This document shows, one piece after another, positions 12,833-25,681 of a stretch of DNA of 64,000 nucleotides (position 1 is the stretch's first letter; each line of letters starts with the position of its first letter). The notes under the pieces are model-generated. The model had not been told where the DNA came from. It did not search any database and saw only the letters and a list, made by a program, of their open reading frames with translations. The stretch is taken from the NCBI RefSeq assembly GCF_039654945.1, contig NW_027361672.1, positions 14,074,001 to 14,138,000 of the forward strand, written 5' to 3'. Source of the DNA: Dendrobates tinctorius (taxonomy: Eukaryota). The translations under genes were made by a program, and so were the position numbers.

Positions 12833-15800
12833 TATACTGTCCTCATACACGTTAGCAGGGTGTGCAATGAGACATGTAGCTAAACCCCCTGTCTTCTTTA
12901 AGAAAAATAGGCTGTAAAATTGTAAACTTCTTTTATTGATTGCAGATGTGACAGGAAAGGGTGAAACTATAGGATGCAATAACAGGAGAATTTCAGAATA
13001 TATAACTGCACAGAGCAGAAAATACAGATAGTCTGCAATACAAAGTAACATGAGGTAATACATAGGTACCATGAGGTAATACATAGCTGATGATTACCTA
13101 TTTAATACAACAACGTAATAAACACAGGATTATAACACCTAGATAGTGCTTACCGACTATGCTTAGAGGAGGCTGTTTAAGAAGCATGAAGAACACGAAT
13201 GATGTAGTTTCTCCTAAGACATATGGAGGGATAACAGTTGCTGTTCCCCTCATAGTGTCATAAACAAGACTATGATGTAACAAGAGCAATTCCCACAATA
13301 CATTGCAAATTAAACTAGAATCTATGCATTAAACGGCCAGCAGGTGGTGCTGTTACCTTACAGTATGAAATATATGAAGGATTAATACACACAAAAAAAT
13401 GACTTTCTAGACAGCAATTATATGGCTGGACAGAACACTCCCCGCTTGACGTCAGCCAACGTCACTATTGTGTTTATTGGACGAGAACAGCAGAACGAGT
13501 TCCCCTACTGGCCTGAGGAACAATTTGTTTTCCTATTTTTACTTCCACCTTACGTACGATTCCATCCTTACTTGGGAATGTCTGGGTAATGAGACCTAAT
13601 GGCCATTCATTTCTCCGAGACTGACAGTCTTTCATTAGTACTATATCGCCAGGCTGGAGGTTAGGCTTGCTGGTTTGCCACTTTCTCCTCTGTTGCAGAG
13701 TAGGCAGGTACTGTTTTTTCCACTTGTCCCAAAAGACATTGGAGAGACTCTGTACTTGTCTCCATCGACTCCTGTAATGGTCTTTAACATTAAATTCTCC
13801 AGGTGGAGAGTAATTAGGGTCGGTCTTCTGCGTAAGCAGCAGGCCTGGGGTGAGAACAATTGGGTCATCAGGATCACTGGAAATTGGAGTCAACGGTCTG
13901 GCATTTATGATGGCTGACACTTCGGCCATGAATGTTGTCAAGCTTTCGTGTGTCAGTCTTGCAGATCCTTCCTGTAAGAAGATTGAATTCTCCTTGCGAC
14001 ACCCATCATTCTCTCCCATACACCTCCCATGTGTGAAGAATGTGATGGGTTAAAAGTCCAAGTACAGCCATGTACACTTAGGTATTTTTCTACGTCCTTC
14101 ATATCCAAGTTGGAAGAGAGTTGCCGTTCTCTTGCTGCTCTGAGTTTCCTCAGAACACAATCTTTTGGTATTGGTCGTTGATTTGTTAAACAGTCGATTT
14201 CTTTGGCATAGTTTTCCCGTTGTACAGCTCGGATAATTATATTCTTCGACTGTTCTAGCTGTAGAGCTGTGTGGACGTGTTTACCATGGTGCCAGTGGTC
14301 CTCAATGTCTTGAAGTGTAGGTGCTAACTCTGTATGACAGTTCTTACATAACTTCTCCATGAAGGTTAAGAAATGGTCTTTCATCTTTGGTCTACTACAG
14401 AAGCTGTGCATGAGGGAGACAAAGTGTTTGTAAACTTGTTCTCTGTTTTTAGGCAAGCATTGTCTTTGAGACTTGAAGGGTAGAGATGCAATCCAGCTCT
14501 TCGTTTTGTCCTGCACCATTCCTTGCTCCATCATCTCTAGAAACAGTCTATCTTCAAATGACATTGCTGTACTATTATCTTCTTTGTCTTGCGGAAGACT
14601 GTACACCCAAGGTGATCTTGGTTGCAATTCTGAATGCAATCATCATTGGCACGACTCGCTAAGATACTTGGTGCTGAAGTGCTGTGTAGCAACTCCTTTA
14701 TGAAGTAGTGATTTTCACATGGTTGAAGGAGAGAGAGATCAAGCGTACTGGTAAGCATGTTGTTAACCACTGTCGGTTTGTGTGCTTCTCCTAAACAGTC
14801 CTCTCCTACAATGACCCACCCAAGGTCGAGTCTCTGGGTATATGGAGCATTGTGAGAGCCATTGATATGCTGCCTAACCTTGTGGACTCGTAGAATATCT
14901 CTCCCAAGGAGCAAGACTATTTGAGCCTCTGGGTCAAGGTTAGGAATCAGGCGTTCTATACGCTTCAGATGAGGATGATACGATGCCACTTCAGGCGTAG
15001 GTATCTGTGACCTGTTGTCAGGAATCTGGTTACATTCCAATATGGTTGGTAAGGGCAGACGCATTTCGCCATCTATAGACTCGACTACATAGCCTGTTGC
15101 TATCCTACCAGTTGTCTCTACTATACCGGCACAAGTTTTCAAAGAGTAGGGCGCACTGGGTTCTCTGATGTTAAAGCTATCAAAGAAGGCAGACTTGGCT
15201 AATGACCTGTTACTCTGATCATCTAAAATCGCGTATACTTTGATGGCTTTGTCCTTTTCGTCTGCCGGGTAGACTCTCACTAGGAAAATTTTAGAGCAGG
15301 ACTTGTACACTTAGAAGTAATGGCTGGAGTGTCAGTATTTGAGTCATTTAGCTCCCCGCTATGCTCTTGGGGCAAAGCATCCGATGGTGGTCCAGGGTGT
15401 AGAACTGAGTTATGTCCGGTGCTGTCAAATTCGGTACACCTTGCACTAACGTCACAGTCCCTGGCAAAGTGGGATGTTGAAGAGCAGCATTTGTAGCAGA
15501 GACGGTTCTCCTTAAGGAAGGCCTTCCTTTCCTCCAATGACTTTTCTCTGAAATCTCTGCAATTAAGGAATGTGGCTTCTTGTGTAAGGGACACTGCATG
15601 CTTGAGTCCTTGGATTTGTCTTCTCCTTGACCGGAGCTGAACTCTTTGCGAACTGAACCTGTGGAAGAAATGTTAGTTTTGTGGACCTCTACAGTTGTTC
15701 TACGAGGTTTACTAACAGAGTTATTGGCACATGACAGCATGAAATCAAAGCTAGGATCATTTCTAATTTTTGCTTGTTCTGAGACAAAATCTACAAACAC

Positions 15801-16122
15801 ATTGAATGGAGGAAATGGTACATTTAACACCTAGATAGTGCTTACCAACTATGCTTAGAGCATAAGAAGCATGAAGAACACGAATGATGTAGTTTCTCCT
15901 AAGACATATGGAGGGATAATGGCTGCTGTTCCCCTCACAGTGTCATAAACAAGACTATGATGTAACAGGAACAATTCACACAATACATTGCAAATTAAAC
16001 TAGAATCTATGCATTAAACGGCCAGCAGGTGGTGCTGTTACCTTACAGTATGAAATATATGAAGGATTAATACACACAAAAAAATGACTTTTTAGACAGC
16101 AATTATATGGCTGGACACAACA
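12833..16122 (-). mobile_element. BEL/Pao LTR retrotransposon, internally deleted
   Basis: 3' LTR 12833-13437, partial 5' LTR 15826-16122, 5-bp TSD ggcct, purine-rich tract (gcggggag on - strand) before the 3' LTR. Confidence 0.92.
13474..15830 (-). pseudogene. BEL gag-pol remnants: gag Cys/His boxes, aspartic protease, integrase C-terminus; RT and RNase H largely deleted
   Basis: CPLHKKPH, CYKCCSSTSHFARDC, ILDDQSNRS protease, SHMGGVWER, INARPLT, FWDKWKKQYL, DGIVRKVEV. Confidence 0.9.
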
Positions 16123-16130
16123 GGCCTAAC

Positions 16131-16426
16131 TAGTGATGAGCAAGTATACTCGTTGCTCGGGTTTTCCCGAGCATGCTCAGGTGATCTCCGAGTATTTTGG
16201 CGTGCTCGGAGATTTAGTGCTTGTCGATGCAGCTGCATGTTTTGTGGCTGCGAGACAGGCTGAATACATGTGGGGATTGCCTGTTTGTTAGGAATTCCAC
16301 ACATGTATTCAGGCTGTCTAGCAGCCTCAAATCCTGCAGCTAAATCTCCGAGCATGCCAAAATACTCGGAGTTCACCCCAGCATGCTCAGGAAAACCTGA
16401 GCAACGAGTATACTCGATCATCACTA
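16131..16426. mobile_element. hAT-type palindromic MITE (same family as 10103)
   Basis: tagtgatgag...atcatcacta termini; TSD gctataac reconstructable after removing nested elements. Confidence 0.8.
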
Positions 16427-16988
16427 GCTATAACCCTAACCGGCTAATTATGGCCTAAAACCTTGGTCATAGTTATCTGAGCACACAAATCTGCAAGGGT
16501 ACCCAAACTTCTGCATTGGCCCATTTTACTTATTGTAGTTTTTCAAATATAATAGTTGAAAATATATATATTTTTTCCAAAAATACAAAGGAAATTTGTT
16601 ATCTGTAACTTTAGGCCTCTTAAAAATCATTTCATCTTCAACTTGCTTAACCTCTTCCTGACATATGCCGTACAAGTACGTCATGATTGGGAAGGACTTC
16701 CCGACCAATGCAGTACATGTACATCATGGCGATCACCGATGAGTGTCAGCTGACTCTGACAGCTAATACCCAGGTCTCATTGCCAGGAGCGGTGCCCCAA
16801 GGTTCCCTGCACTTTAATCCCCTAAATGCTGTGATCAGTGTTATACTTTCCTTCGTTAAATAAGATTTGGTTCAGGTGATCATCTAATCAGAAGAACTGA
16901 CACTGGAATGGAATGGCTGTCAGACATGTAGAGAAGCTGATTTTTATAAGAATGTGCAGTGGTCTCTTAATTTTTGCCAGAGTATATA

Positions 16989-17519
16989 CAGCTTTGGCAA
17001 AAATTAACTTCCAAATGTTCAGCTTGTCTGATTTTTCTCTTTATAGGTATATTTTTGAGCATAATGTAAATTTTTCTTTTAGTCTACAAACTTTTGACAA
17101 CATGTCTCCGAATTTCCAAGCAATAAATTTTGATTTTTTTTTCTGAACAGGAGAAATGATCAAAATAAAAAAAACAAACAGTGCTTTCAGACCTCAAATA
17201 ATGTGAAGAAAACAAGTTCATAATAATTTAGAAACAACAGTACTAATGTTTTAACTCCGGAAGAGTTCAGAAATCAATATTTTGTGGAATAACCATGATT
17301 TTTAGAAACAGCTTTCATGTGTCTTGGCATGCTCTCCACCAGTCTTTCACACTACTTCTGGTGGAAAAATGAAAGCAGTTCTTCTTTGTTTGATGGCTTG
17401 TTCCTGTCCATCATCCTCTTGACTACATTCCAGAGGTTTTCAATGGGGTGCAGGTCTGGAGAATGGGCTGTCCACGACAGGGTTTTGATGTGGTGGTCTC
17501 TTAATTTTTGCCAGAGCTG
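16989..17519 (-). mobile_element. Internally deleted Tc1 element
   Basis: TIRs cagctttggcaaaaattaa / ttaatttttgccagagctg, TA flanks; peptide WTAHSPDLHPIENLW. Confidence 0.8.
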
Positions 17520-20346
17520 TATAGATATACCCATAAATAAATTTTATTATGAAAAGACAAAAAACAATAACGGTATGCATATTTGATATCGCTATGTCCG
17601 TAATGACCCGACCTATAAAACTGTTCCACTAGTTAACCCCCTTAGTGAACACTGCAAAAAAAAAGCAGCAAAAAACAATGCTTTATCATCATACCGCTGA
17701 ACAAAAAGTGGAATAAAACGCAATCAAAAAGACAAATGTAAATAAAAATGGTATTGCTGACACAATTATCTTATCCCACAAAAATCAAGCTACAATACAG
17801 CTCCATCAGTTGAAAAAATAAAAAAGTTATAGCTCTCACATTAAAGGGATGCAAAAATAATTTTTTCTATAAAATAGTTTTTATTGTGTAAAAGCGCCAA
17901 AATATAAAAAAAGATATAAATGAGGCATTGCTGTAATTGTACTGACCTGAAGAATAATTCTGCCTTATCAATTTTACCACATGCGGAATGGCATTAAAAA
18001 AAACAAACAATTCCTGCAATGTTGTTTTTTGTTTTGTCTGCCTCCCAAAAATGAGAATAGAAAGCAAAGAAAAATATCATGAGTCCAAAAATTATACCAA
18101 TAAAAACTTCTCCGGAAAAAACAAGCTCTCACATGACTATCAGCAGAAACATGTAAAAATTATACCTCTCAAAATATGGTGATACAAAAAAATAGTTTTT
18201 GAAAACATCAAAAGCGTCTTTTAGTGTGTGATAGCAGTCAAACATAAAAACCCAGTATAAATCTGGTATCGCTGTAATCACGTCGACCCGAAGAATAAAG
18301 TCGTCTAAACACTTATACCACACGAGGAACAGTGTAATAAATAAAAACAATTCTTCACCTGCTGTTCATTTGTTCATTCTGCCTCCCAAAGATCGCAGTA
18401 AGGCTTGGCTCACATTTATCCTGCGCTCTGCGCTGAGTGCTTACACCGGGGTTTCCATGTAATTCTCTGAAATATGGGATTCAGACGAAAACCCTGGCAG
18501 AAGATTCCATATAATGAGGCAGATGGAGGCACTGTGGATGCTGTCTGACCTATGATCCAGCGGTGTCCATCTTTTTATTAGACGTGCATAAAAGTGCTGT
18601 CGACCGATTTTCTGCACCTCTGAAAAATGGACGCATCTGAATAGAGGTCAGATGGAGTCCAGAGTAACTCTGTTGCCTTATTATAATGAATGGATCCCTC
18701 AAGAATTTCACCTGAATTACGTCACTCGAAAATTTAAAGCCATATAAGTGCTCAGCACAGAGCACCGGATAAATGTGATCCAAATTGTTATGTAAAATGT
18801 TCCCAATAAAAGCTATAACTCAATCCACAAAAAAAGCAAGTCCTCACTCATGTCCATCATCTGTTAATGGAAATATAGGTCTCCACAATACTGGTAGCAA
18901 AAAGGCTCTGGAAAAGTGAAATGGCCCTCACCACCCCAAAGGAAATTAAAAATTCAGCAAATTCTGTGCTCCCAAATCCAAATGCCCCCTCCCTTCTGAG
19001 CCCCAGTGTGCTTAATTCACATTTAGTCCACCTAATTTACAGGTGCATGAGCTGGACACAAAGTACTGGCTACTGCAATGGCGGTTTGCAATTTTCACTC
19101 AGTCACATCCACTGCTGCTTGTTTGTGGAAATCTCCCATGGAGTCAAAATCATCACGACACCTGGAGATAAATTCACAATGGGGTATAATTTCCAAAATA
19201 GGGTCACTTGATGGGGGATTCTGCTCTTCTAGTTCTTAGGGGCTCTGTTCATGTATTTGGCAAACTATTATAGAAAATTCTATGCTCCAGAATGCCTCCT
19301 GTATAACAGTACTGCTTAGCCAAACGGTGAGACTCGGGAGGTATGGAGCACTATTTACCAATAGCACTTCGTCCCTCCCGAATCTCGTCGTATGGCTAAG
19401 CAGTACTGTACAGCCACATTTGGGTAATTCTACATTCAGCAAAAATTATGGGACAAATTTTGATGCCATTTTTACCCATTTTGCCATGTGAAAATGTAAA
19501 ATCTGGGGCTAAAACAAAATTTTGGTGGTGAAAATATAATTATTTTTTCTTCCTTGCCCAATGGTACAAAAATTCTGTCAATATGATCACTGCACCCCCT
19601 AGATGAATTCATTTAGAGGTGTGCCAATGTGACATGGCACCCTCAAACCATTCCAGCAAAGTCCGAACTCCAGTATGGCGTTTGTCTCAAAAGTAGTTTT
19701 CAACCACATATGGGGTATCAGCATACTCAGGAGAAATTGCACAACAAATTTTTTGTTCCATTTTCTCCTGCTATCCTTGTGAAAATAAAAAAAATGGGAC
19801 TAAAACTGCTCTACGTTTATAAACTTCTGTGAAGCAGATGGGGTTCAAGGTGCCCATCACACATATACGTACATTCCTTGAGGGGTCTACTTTCCAAAAT
19901 AGTGTCACTTGTGGGGTTCTTCCACTGTTTAGGCACATCAGGGACTCTCGAAATGAGACAGGACACCGGCAGACCATTCCATCAGTCTGCGTTCCAAAAC
20001 GTCACTCTTTCCTAACCAAAAAAATGTTTCAAAAAGCGTGGTAATGTAAAAGTTGACATGTGGGAAATGTTATTTATTAACTATTTTATGTGATATTACT
20101 CTCTGATTTAAGGGAAAACATTTTTTTTGCAAAACTTCCATTCTTTTCACAAATAAACACTATCATAAAGTACAATATATCATATGAAACAGGAATCAGT
20201 GGGATTCATTAAAGCGTTACAGAGTTATTACCACATAAAGTGTATATCTTTGTACCGTGTTAGCCAGTGGATAGAAAAATATTCAGGATTGAGAGTCCTC
20301 AGTAGTTGATACCTTTTAATGGCTAACTGAAAAGATGGTAATACAT

Positions 20347-20387
20347 TGCAAGCTTTCGAGACTACTCAGGTCTCTTCATCAGGCTAG
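20347..20387 (-). ncRNA. Minimal hammerhead ribozyme motif in Penelope pLTR
   Basis: CUGAUGA, stem gagac/gucuc, GAAA, palindromic AAGCUU. Confidence 0.75.
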
Positions 20388-20836
20388 ACTAATACAAAAT
20401 CTGAAGTCACATATTTATGCACAATACAGCCTAGAAAAAATGCAATAGATAAGACAAGTGACGTGAAGCAGAACTATCAATATGGGAGAGGGAGAAACAT
20501 AAATATAAACATTGGACCAGTTCATAGATAAGGAGTCTGGATGTTTTATGGTCCTCTGATTGGGGTCTAGTTCTGTGTTGCCCCGCAAGGTTTTAAAAGG
20601 AAATTCCTTAATTGATGTAAAAAGACATAAATCCATGCGACACATTCATTCCAGCACTGAGAAATGTTCTGTATCCCTGATCACAGCAGCATGGATATGA
20701 AATTACTGGTATTGAAAGATACAGGAAAGATGTATATCTTTGTACCGTGTTAGCCAGTAGATAGAAAAATATTCAGGATTGAGAGTCCTCAGTAGTTGAT
20801 ACCTTTTAATGGCTAACTGAAAAGATGGTAATACAT

Positions 20837-20877
20837 TGCAAGCTTTCGAGACTACTCAGGTCTCTTCATCAGGCTAG
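20837..20877 (-). ncRNA. Minimal hammerhead ribozyme motif in Penelope pLTR
   Basis: Identical copy 490 bp from the first. Confidence 0.75.
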
Positions 20878-21531
20878 ACTAATACAAAATCTGAAGTCAC
20901 ATATTTATGCACAATACAGCCTAGAAAAAATGCAATAGATAAGACAAGTGACGTGAAGCAGAACTATCAATATGGGAGAGGGAGAAACATAAATATAAAC
21001 ATTGGACCAGTTCATAGATAAGGAGTCTGGATGTTTTATGGTCCTCTGATTGGGGTCTAGTTCTGTGTTGCCCTGCAAGGTTTTAAAAGGAAATTCCTTA
21101 ATTGATGTAAAAAGACATAAATCCATGCGACACATTCATTCCAGCACTGAGAGTGTCAAAGTTCGTCATAAATTTGTACTGGTATTGAAAGGTAACTTCA
21201 CATCTCAGAGAGAGAGACGAGTTTGGGAGTACAAATTTATGACGAACTTTGACACTCTCAGTGCTGGAATGAATGTGTCGCATGGATTTATGTCTTTTTA
21301 CATCAATTAAGGAATTTCCTTTTAAAACCTTGCGGGGGCAACACAGAACTAGACCCCAATCAGAGGACCATAAAACATCCAGACTCCTTATCTATGAACT
21401 GGTCCAATGTTTATATTTATGTTTCTCCCTCTCCCATATTGATAGTTCTGCTTCACGTCACTTGTCTTATCTATTGCATTTTTTCTAGGCTGTATTGTGC
21501 ATAAATATGTGACTTCAGATTTTGTATTAGT

Positions 21532-21572
21532 CTAGCCTGATGAAGAGACCTGAGTAGTCTCGAAAGCTTGCA
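21532..21572 (+). ncRNA. Minimal hammerhead ribozyme motif in Penelope pLTR
   Basis: ctagc CTGATGA agagac ctgagta gtctc GAAA gcttgca. Confidence 0.75.
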
Positions 21573-22225
21573 ATGTATTACCATCTTTTCAGTTAGCCAT
21601 TAAAAGGTATCAACTACTGAGGACTCTCAATCCTGAATATTTTTCACATAAAGTGTAAAATTTGGACTGGTCATGAAGGTGAAAACAGGCTAGGAGGTAA
21701 AGGGGGTAACTGTTCACAAGAACAGTAATTTTGACCAGGGGTACCCAAAATTTTACATGCCACTGTATTAATCCACACCGTTCTCCTGAGAAGCAAACAC
21801 TCATTATGGTACTGCTCTCTAGCCATTTAGCAAAAAACCTACCTTTTGTTAAAGGCACAAATTTTAAATTTTGATTAAGCAGTCCAGAGCACACGTTGGC
21901 ATTGTTTCTATGTTTTCATGCTTAGTTGCTCTTTTTCATGTCAAAATGTATGGCTTTTTGGCCACAATTCTCCCATGAATACTATGTCTGGCCAAAGCTA
22001 TCTGAACAGAAGAGTTTTGAACTAAAGGGACTGATGGACAATTTCCAATTTTGAAGGGAAGTATGCATGATGCATCTTTAATCTGCTGGGCTAAGTTTGG
22101 TCAGCCACTGTGTCTGCAGTCCTCAACATTGCCTAATTCTTGGTGTATCTTCAATGGAGCTTGAACTACACATCTTGAAAGTCCAATCTGCTTTTAACTA
22201 CCTTCTGTCTTGTTGCTGTGCTTAA

Positions 22226-22670
22226 GCCCCCGTTACACATAACGATGTCCCAGCGATCCCACCAACGATCCGACATGGATGGGATTGCTGGGACATGTTA
22301 GGCTGATCTTTGGTGAGCTGTCACACAGACACAGCCCCTCCAGCGATCAGGACCAGCGAGCAAGCTGGTTTCCAACGTAAACATCGGGTTTCTAAGAGCC
22401 GCGCGGCTCTTGGAAACCCAATGTTTATGTTGGATAAAAGCGTGCAGCGTCACAGATCGCTGGCTCCCGCTGCCACATGCAGCGATGTGCGCTGGCCAGC
22501 GGGAGACCAGCGATTAAAAAATGGCCCAGGACGATCCAGCACAATCAGCGATACCCGCAGGGGGGGGCGGTCACTGCTGGATGTCACACACAGTGATGTC
22601 GCTGGAGAGATCGCTGATGTGTCACAAAATCAGCGATATCGCCAGCGATATCGCTGTGTGTAATGGGGCC
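22226..22670. mobile_element. Harbinger-like CGAT/ATCG-rich MITE
   Basis: TIRs gcccccgttacaca / tgtgtaatggggcc with TWA-like flanks. Confidence 0.7.
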
Positions 22671-22807
22671 TTTAGTCTTGCCTTGATGAATGGCCTATAC
22701 TCTCATGCTGATGGTCTGGTTATCTCCAACTGTGATGAACAACAGTGACTGGATCATATTTATGTTCCTCTGTGTCTCTATCAAACCACTACAGTGGCAC
22801 AGCTTAA

Positions 22808-23178
22808 GGGTACCGTTACACCTAGCGATGCACCAGCGATCCCGACCAGCGATATGACGCGGTCAGGATCGCTGGTGCATCTCTAGGTGGTCGCTAGTGA
22901 GCTGCCACACAGGCAGATCTCACCAGCGACATCGCTGGGGACGGGGATCGCTACTTACCTGTCAGATGCGGCGATCCTGCGTCCTCCCGCCCGGCTCCAC
23001 GCGTCGCTCGTCGTCACAGCAGGAAGCGCCGCAGGAAGTGGCCAACGAGAAATTATGCAGGAGCTTCTCGCGCGATCAGCAATAACCAGCGGGGGAGCCG
23101 GTCGGAGGTAAGTATCACATGTAATATCGGTGACTTTACAGCGATATTGCTAGCGATATCGCAGTGTGTAATGGGGGC
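22808..23178. mobile_element. Harbinger-like MITE
   Basis: gggtaccgttacac...gtgtaatgggggc; very similar to 46873-47278. Confidence 0.75.
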
Positions 23179-23586
23179 TTAATAATGCTATCTAACACCT
23201 CCCACTTGCTAGTTAACTTGAGCTAAGTGCAACAATAACATTTTCTGGCAGTACACAGGACATGTTATATCACACAGCATGGCACAAGACAGGACATCTA
23301 TTGAATAATAATGGTATTGCCTAACAAAGTCCAACGACATGAAGAACACCAAGTGGTAAATATTTTTTCTTTGCTACTTTTTTTTATTTACTGTATCTTC
23401 CAAGTGCAGACATTACTTAAGTGCAAAAAGGAAACATATATTCAACCCAAACAGGCAAGTATAACTGAGTCTTTGAAGAACATACTCCATCAGATCCATA
23501 ATTCTATGAATAGTGGATACAGCAGAGACAGTTTCAATGTGTAACACAGCACACTCAAAATTTCTTAACACGGCATGTTGTGTTAC

Positions 23587-24226
23587 TTCTCACAACTCAA
23601 TATGGGATTCGTGGCAGCTCTGGTTCTGCTGAAAGTGAAATTTTGTTTTTTCGTTTTGGTACAGCAAAATTAATGCCTGTCTCTTGCTGGCTGCTCATCA
23701 GCTGATGATGGTTGGTAACCATTCCCTCCTTCCTTTAAATAGTCACATAACCCACCCATCAGCTGATTGTCTGTAATAGAGTTCTTCTATGCAGACCAGC
23801 TTGGGGTGTGGAGATCTCCTGTGTCGGTGGTGTTGCTGCTGTGGGAGTTCATATTCATGGTGTCATTTTTTTATGCTGCTGTGGAGCTTAGCAGAAGAGA
23901 CTGAAGCTGAGTATTTCTTCCTTTTTCTTTATCTGTCCTGTGTTTGTCTCTTCACCTGTGTGTTAGCATCAGCAGTGGTGAGTCCAGTGTCCTTGCCAGC
24001 CAGTGCTCTACCCAGGGTACATTGAGGTGGCAATCAGGGACCAGGCTCGTGACAGTGGCAGGGGGGAAAGACCCACATAGGGCATTACGGGAGCTTAGGG
24101 ACAGGCATAGGTTGGTGTCAGGAGGTGCTCCCTACTCCCTACCATTAGGGCCTTCCTCTCTCTTTTCCATCCGATGGTATTTGTATGCTACTCGTCCGCC
24201 GGACTTACCCATGTCCGAGCGTGACA
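23587..24226 (+). mobile_element. Solo LTR (Gypsy-like)
   Basis: Ends gtgaca; 5-bp TSD gttac on both sides; 5' TG mutated. Confidence 0.6.
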
Positions 24227-25681
24227 GTTACATGTTGAAACTCTTTCTGCTGACTCCACTATTCATCGATGTTATAGCATTATGGAGCTGATGGAGGATC
24301 TTTTTAAAGACTCGGTTATTGCCTGTTCAGGGTGAGCATAATATGTTTGAATTTTGCACTTAAGGTTTTCCCACAAAGTTAATTTTAATCAACGTTTTAA
24401 TCAATAGATATTTGAATAATAACTTCCACAATTGGGTGTGTTTAAAAAATGTTCCTGTGCTTGGATATTCTTATAAATGTGCCACTTCTATCTACTGTGT
24501 AATGGCTGTGTCTGACCGTGCAGGAGCATGGTCTAATCATACCACATTTCCTGACCGTAAGAGGACGCAAAAGAGAAGATACAGGCAGGACAGCATGGTA
24601 TTGCAAATGATTCTTTCAGGTAAAACATTCCTTAAAAACAGGAAGTGAAATGTTTTGCTTTACAAAAAGAATAATTTGCAATACCACACTATAATGTTTG
24701 TATAGTCTCTTTTGCATCTTCCCCTGCCCAGGACCTCTGGTAAGATCAGACCTTGTTCCTGCATGGTCAGACACAGCCATTACACAGTACCTAGCATTTA
24801 TGAACAGTAAAGTATATAGCAATCCAGGACTGTTCAGAACATAGCACATGAAACCCAATGCTGTTAGTCTTTAATTTTGTAGCAAGGTGGTGAACTCCAT
24901 TTTTGAATAATTTTACCAGCTGTTTAATACTATATAAATTCGCATACCTAATTGACACATTAGATTAACCATGCAAGCAATTTCTCATTTGTATCATTAA
25001 TAATTATTGACTGGTTGTGATGAAGATAGGCTGCCATTAGTTCTGATCAATGACATTAATAACATATTTGTTTTTCTTATGTTTGCTTTAATAAAGTGTG
25101 TCAACATTATCTCTGTGCTAGCTCCTCTCTTATAGACCCGTGTCCATAGGAGCCATGTTCAACCAATACAGAAAATAAAAATTACAATTCCGTAATAAGT
25201 CTGCTGTGTGATTATTCATATCACCACTACTAAATTCCAAATAATGCATTACCATAATGTCTCAGCATGTACTGGGCAACAGTCAAGTCACAAGATAAAT
25301 GACTGTATATTGAATCTATTAACATAATAAATGAACCCATCTAGGATTGTGGCCGTGAGCTGTCCACATCAACATTCTCTTAATCTTCGTGTGATTTATA
25401 TATTGGCTTATATTTTTTGTCTCATTAGTTTCCCTTAATTGTTAATATGTGATTATGCCCAACAGTTTATTTACATATGATTTTTGCATTTTAAGAATAT
25501 ATTATTCTGCTTTATGTATCAGATGTTTTAATGATTGCAGTATTTCTCCCAGTTAGAACTGCCCCAAATTGAGATTCTTACATAGAACAACCTAGAATTA
25601 TATGCTGATACCTATGCCTTCCTGCAGATTGAAAAATATTCAGGATTGAGAGTCCTCAGTAGTTGATAACTGTATAGAAAA

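Larger units (their letters stand above)
20241..21644 (-). mobile_element. Penelope-like element insertion made only of pseudo-LTR copies (two tandem on -, one inverted on +)
   Basis: Nearly identical to 27200-27758; 490-bp direct repeat period; TSD cacataaagtgta at 20232-20244 and 21645-21657. Confidence 0.92.
16651..21706 (-). mobile_element. Non-autonomous piggyBac-like element hosting Tc1, MITE and Penelope insertions; itself inserted in a Tc1 terminal fragment
   Basis: ttaa then cctcttcc at the left end, aggggg at the right end; 17530-20240 is reverse-complement similar to 231-3407; the flanks rejoin to a Tc1 end also seen intact at 32505-32607. Confidence 0.7.

Noticed and set aside
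20415-21488. Repeated 71-78-aa ORFs (MCRMDLCLF...)
   Set aside because: Out-of-frame readings of the Penelope pLTR, repeated only because the pLTR is repeated
22226-23178. CpG-rich repetitive palindromes resembling a CRISPR array or CpG island
   Set aside because: No repeat-spacer periodicity; explained by dispersed MITEs also found at 46873 and 54283
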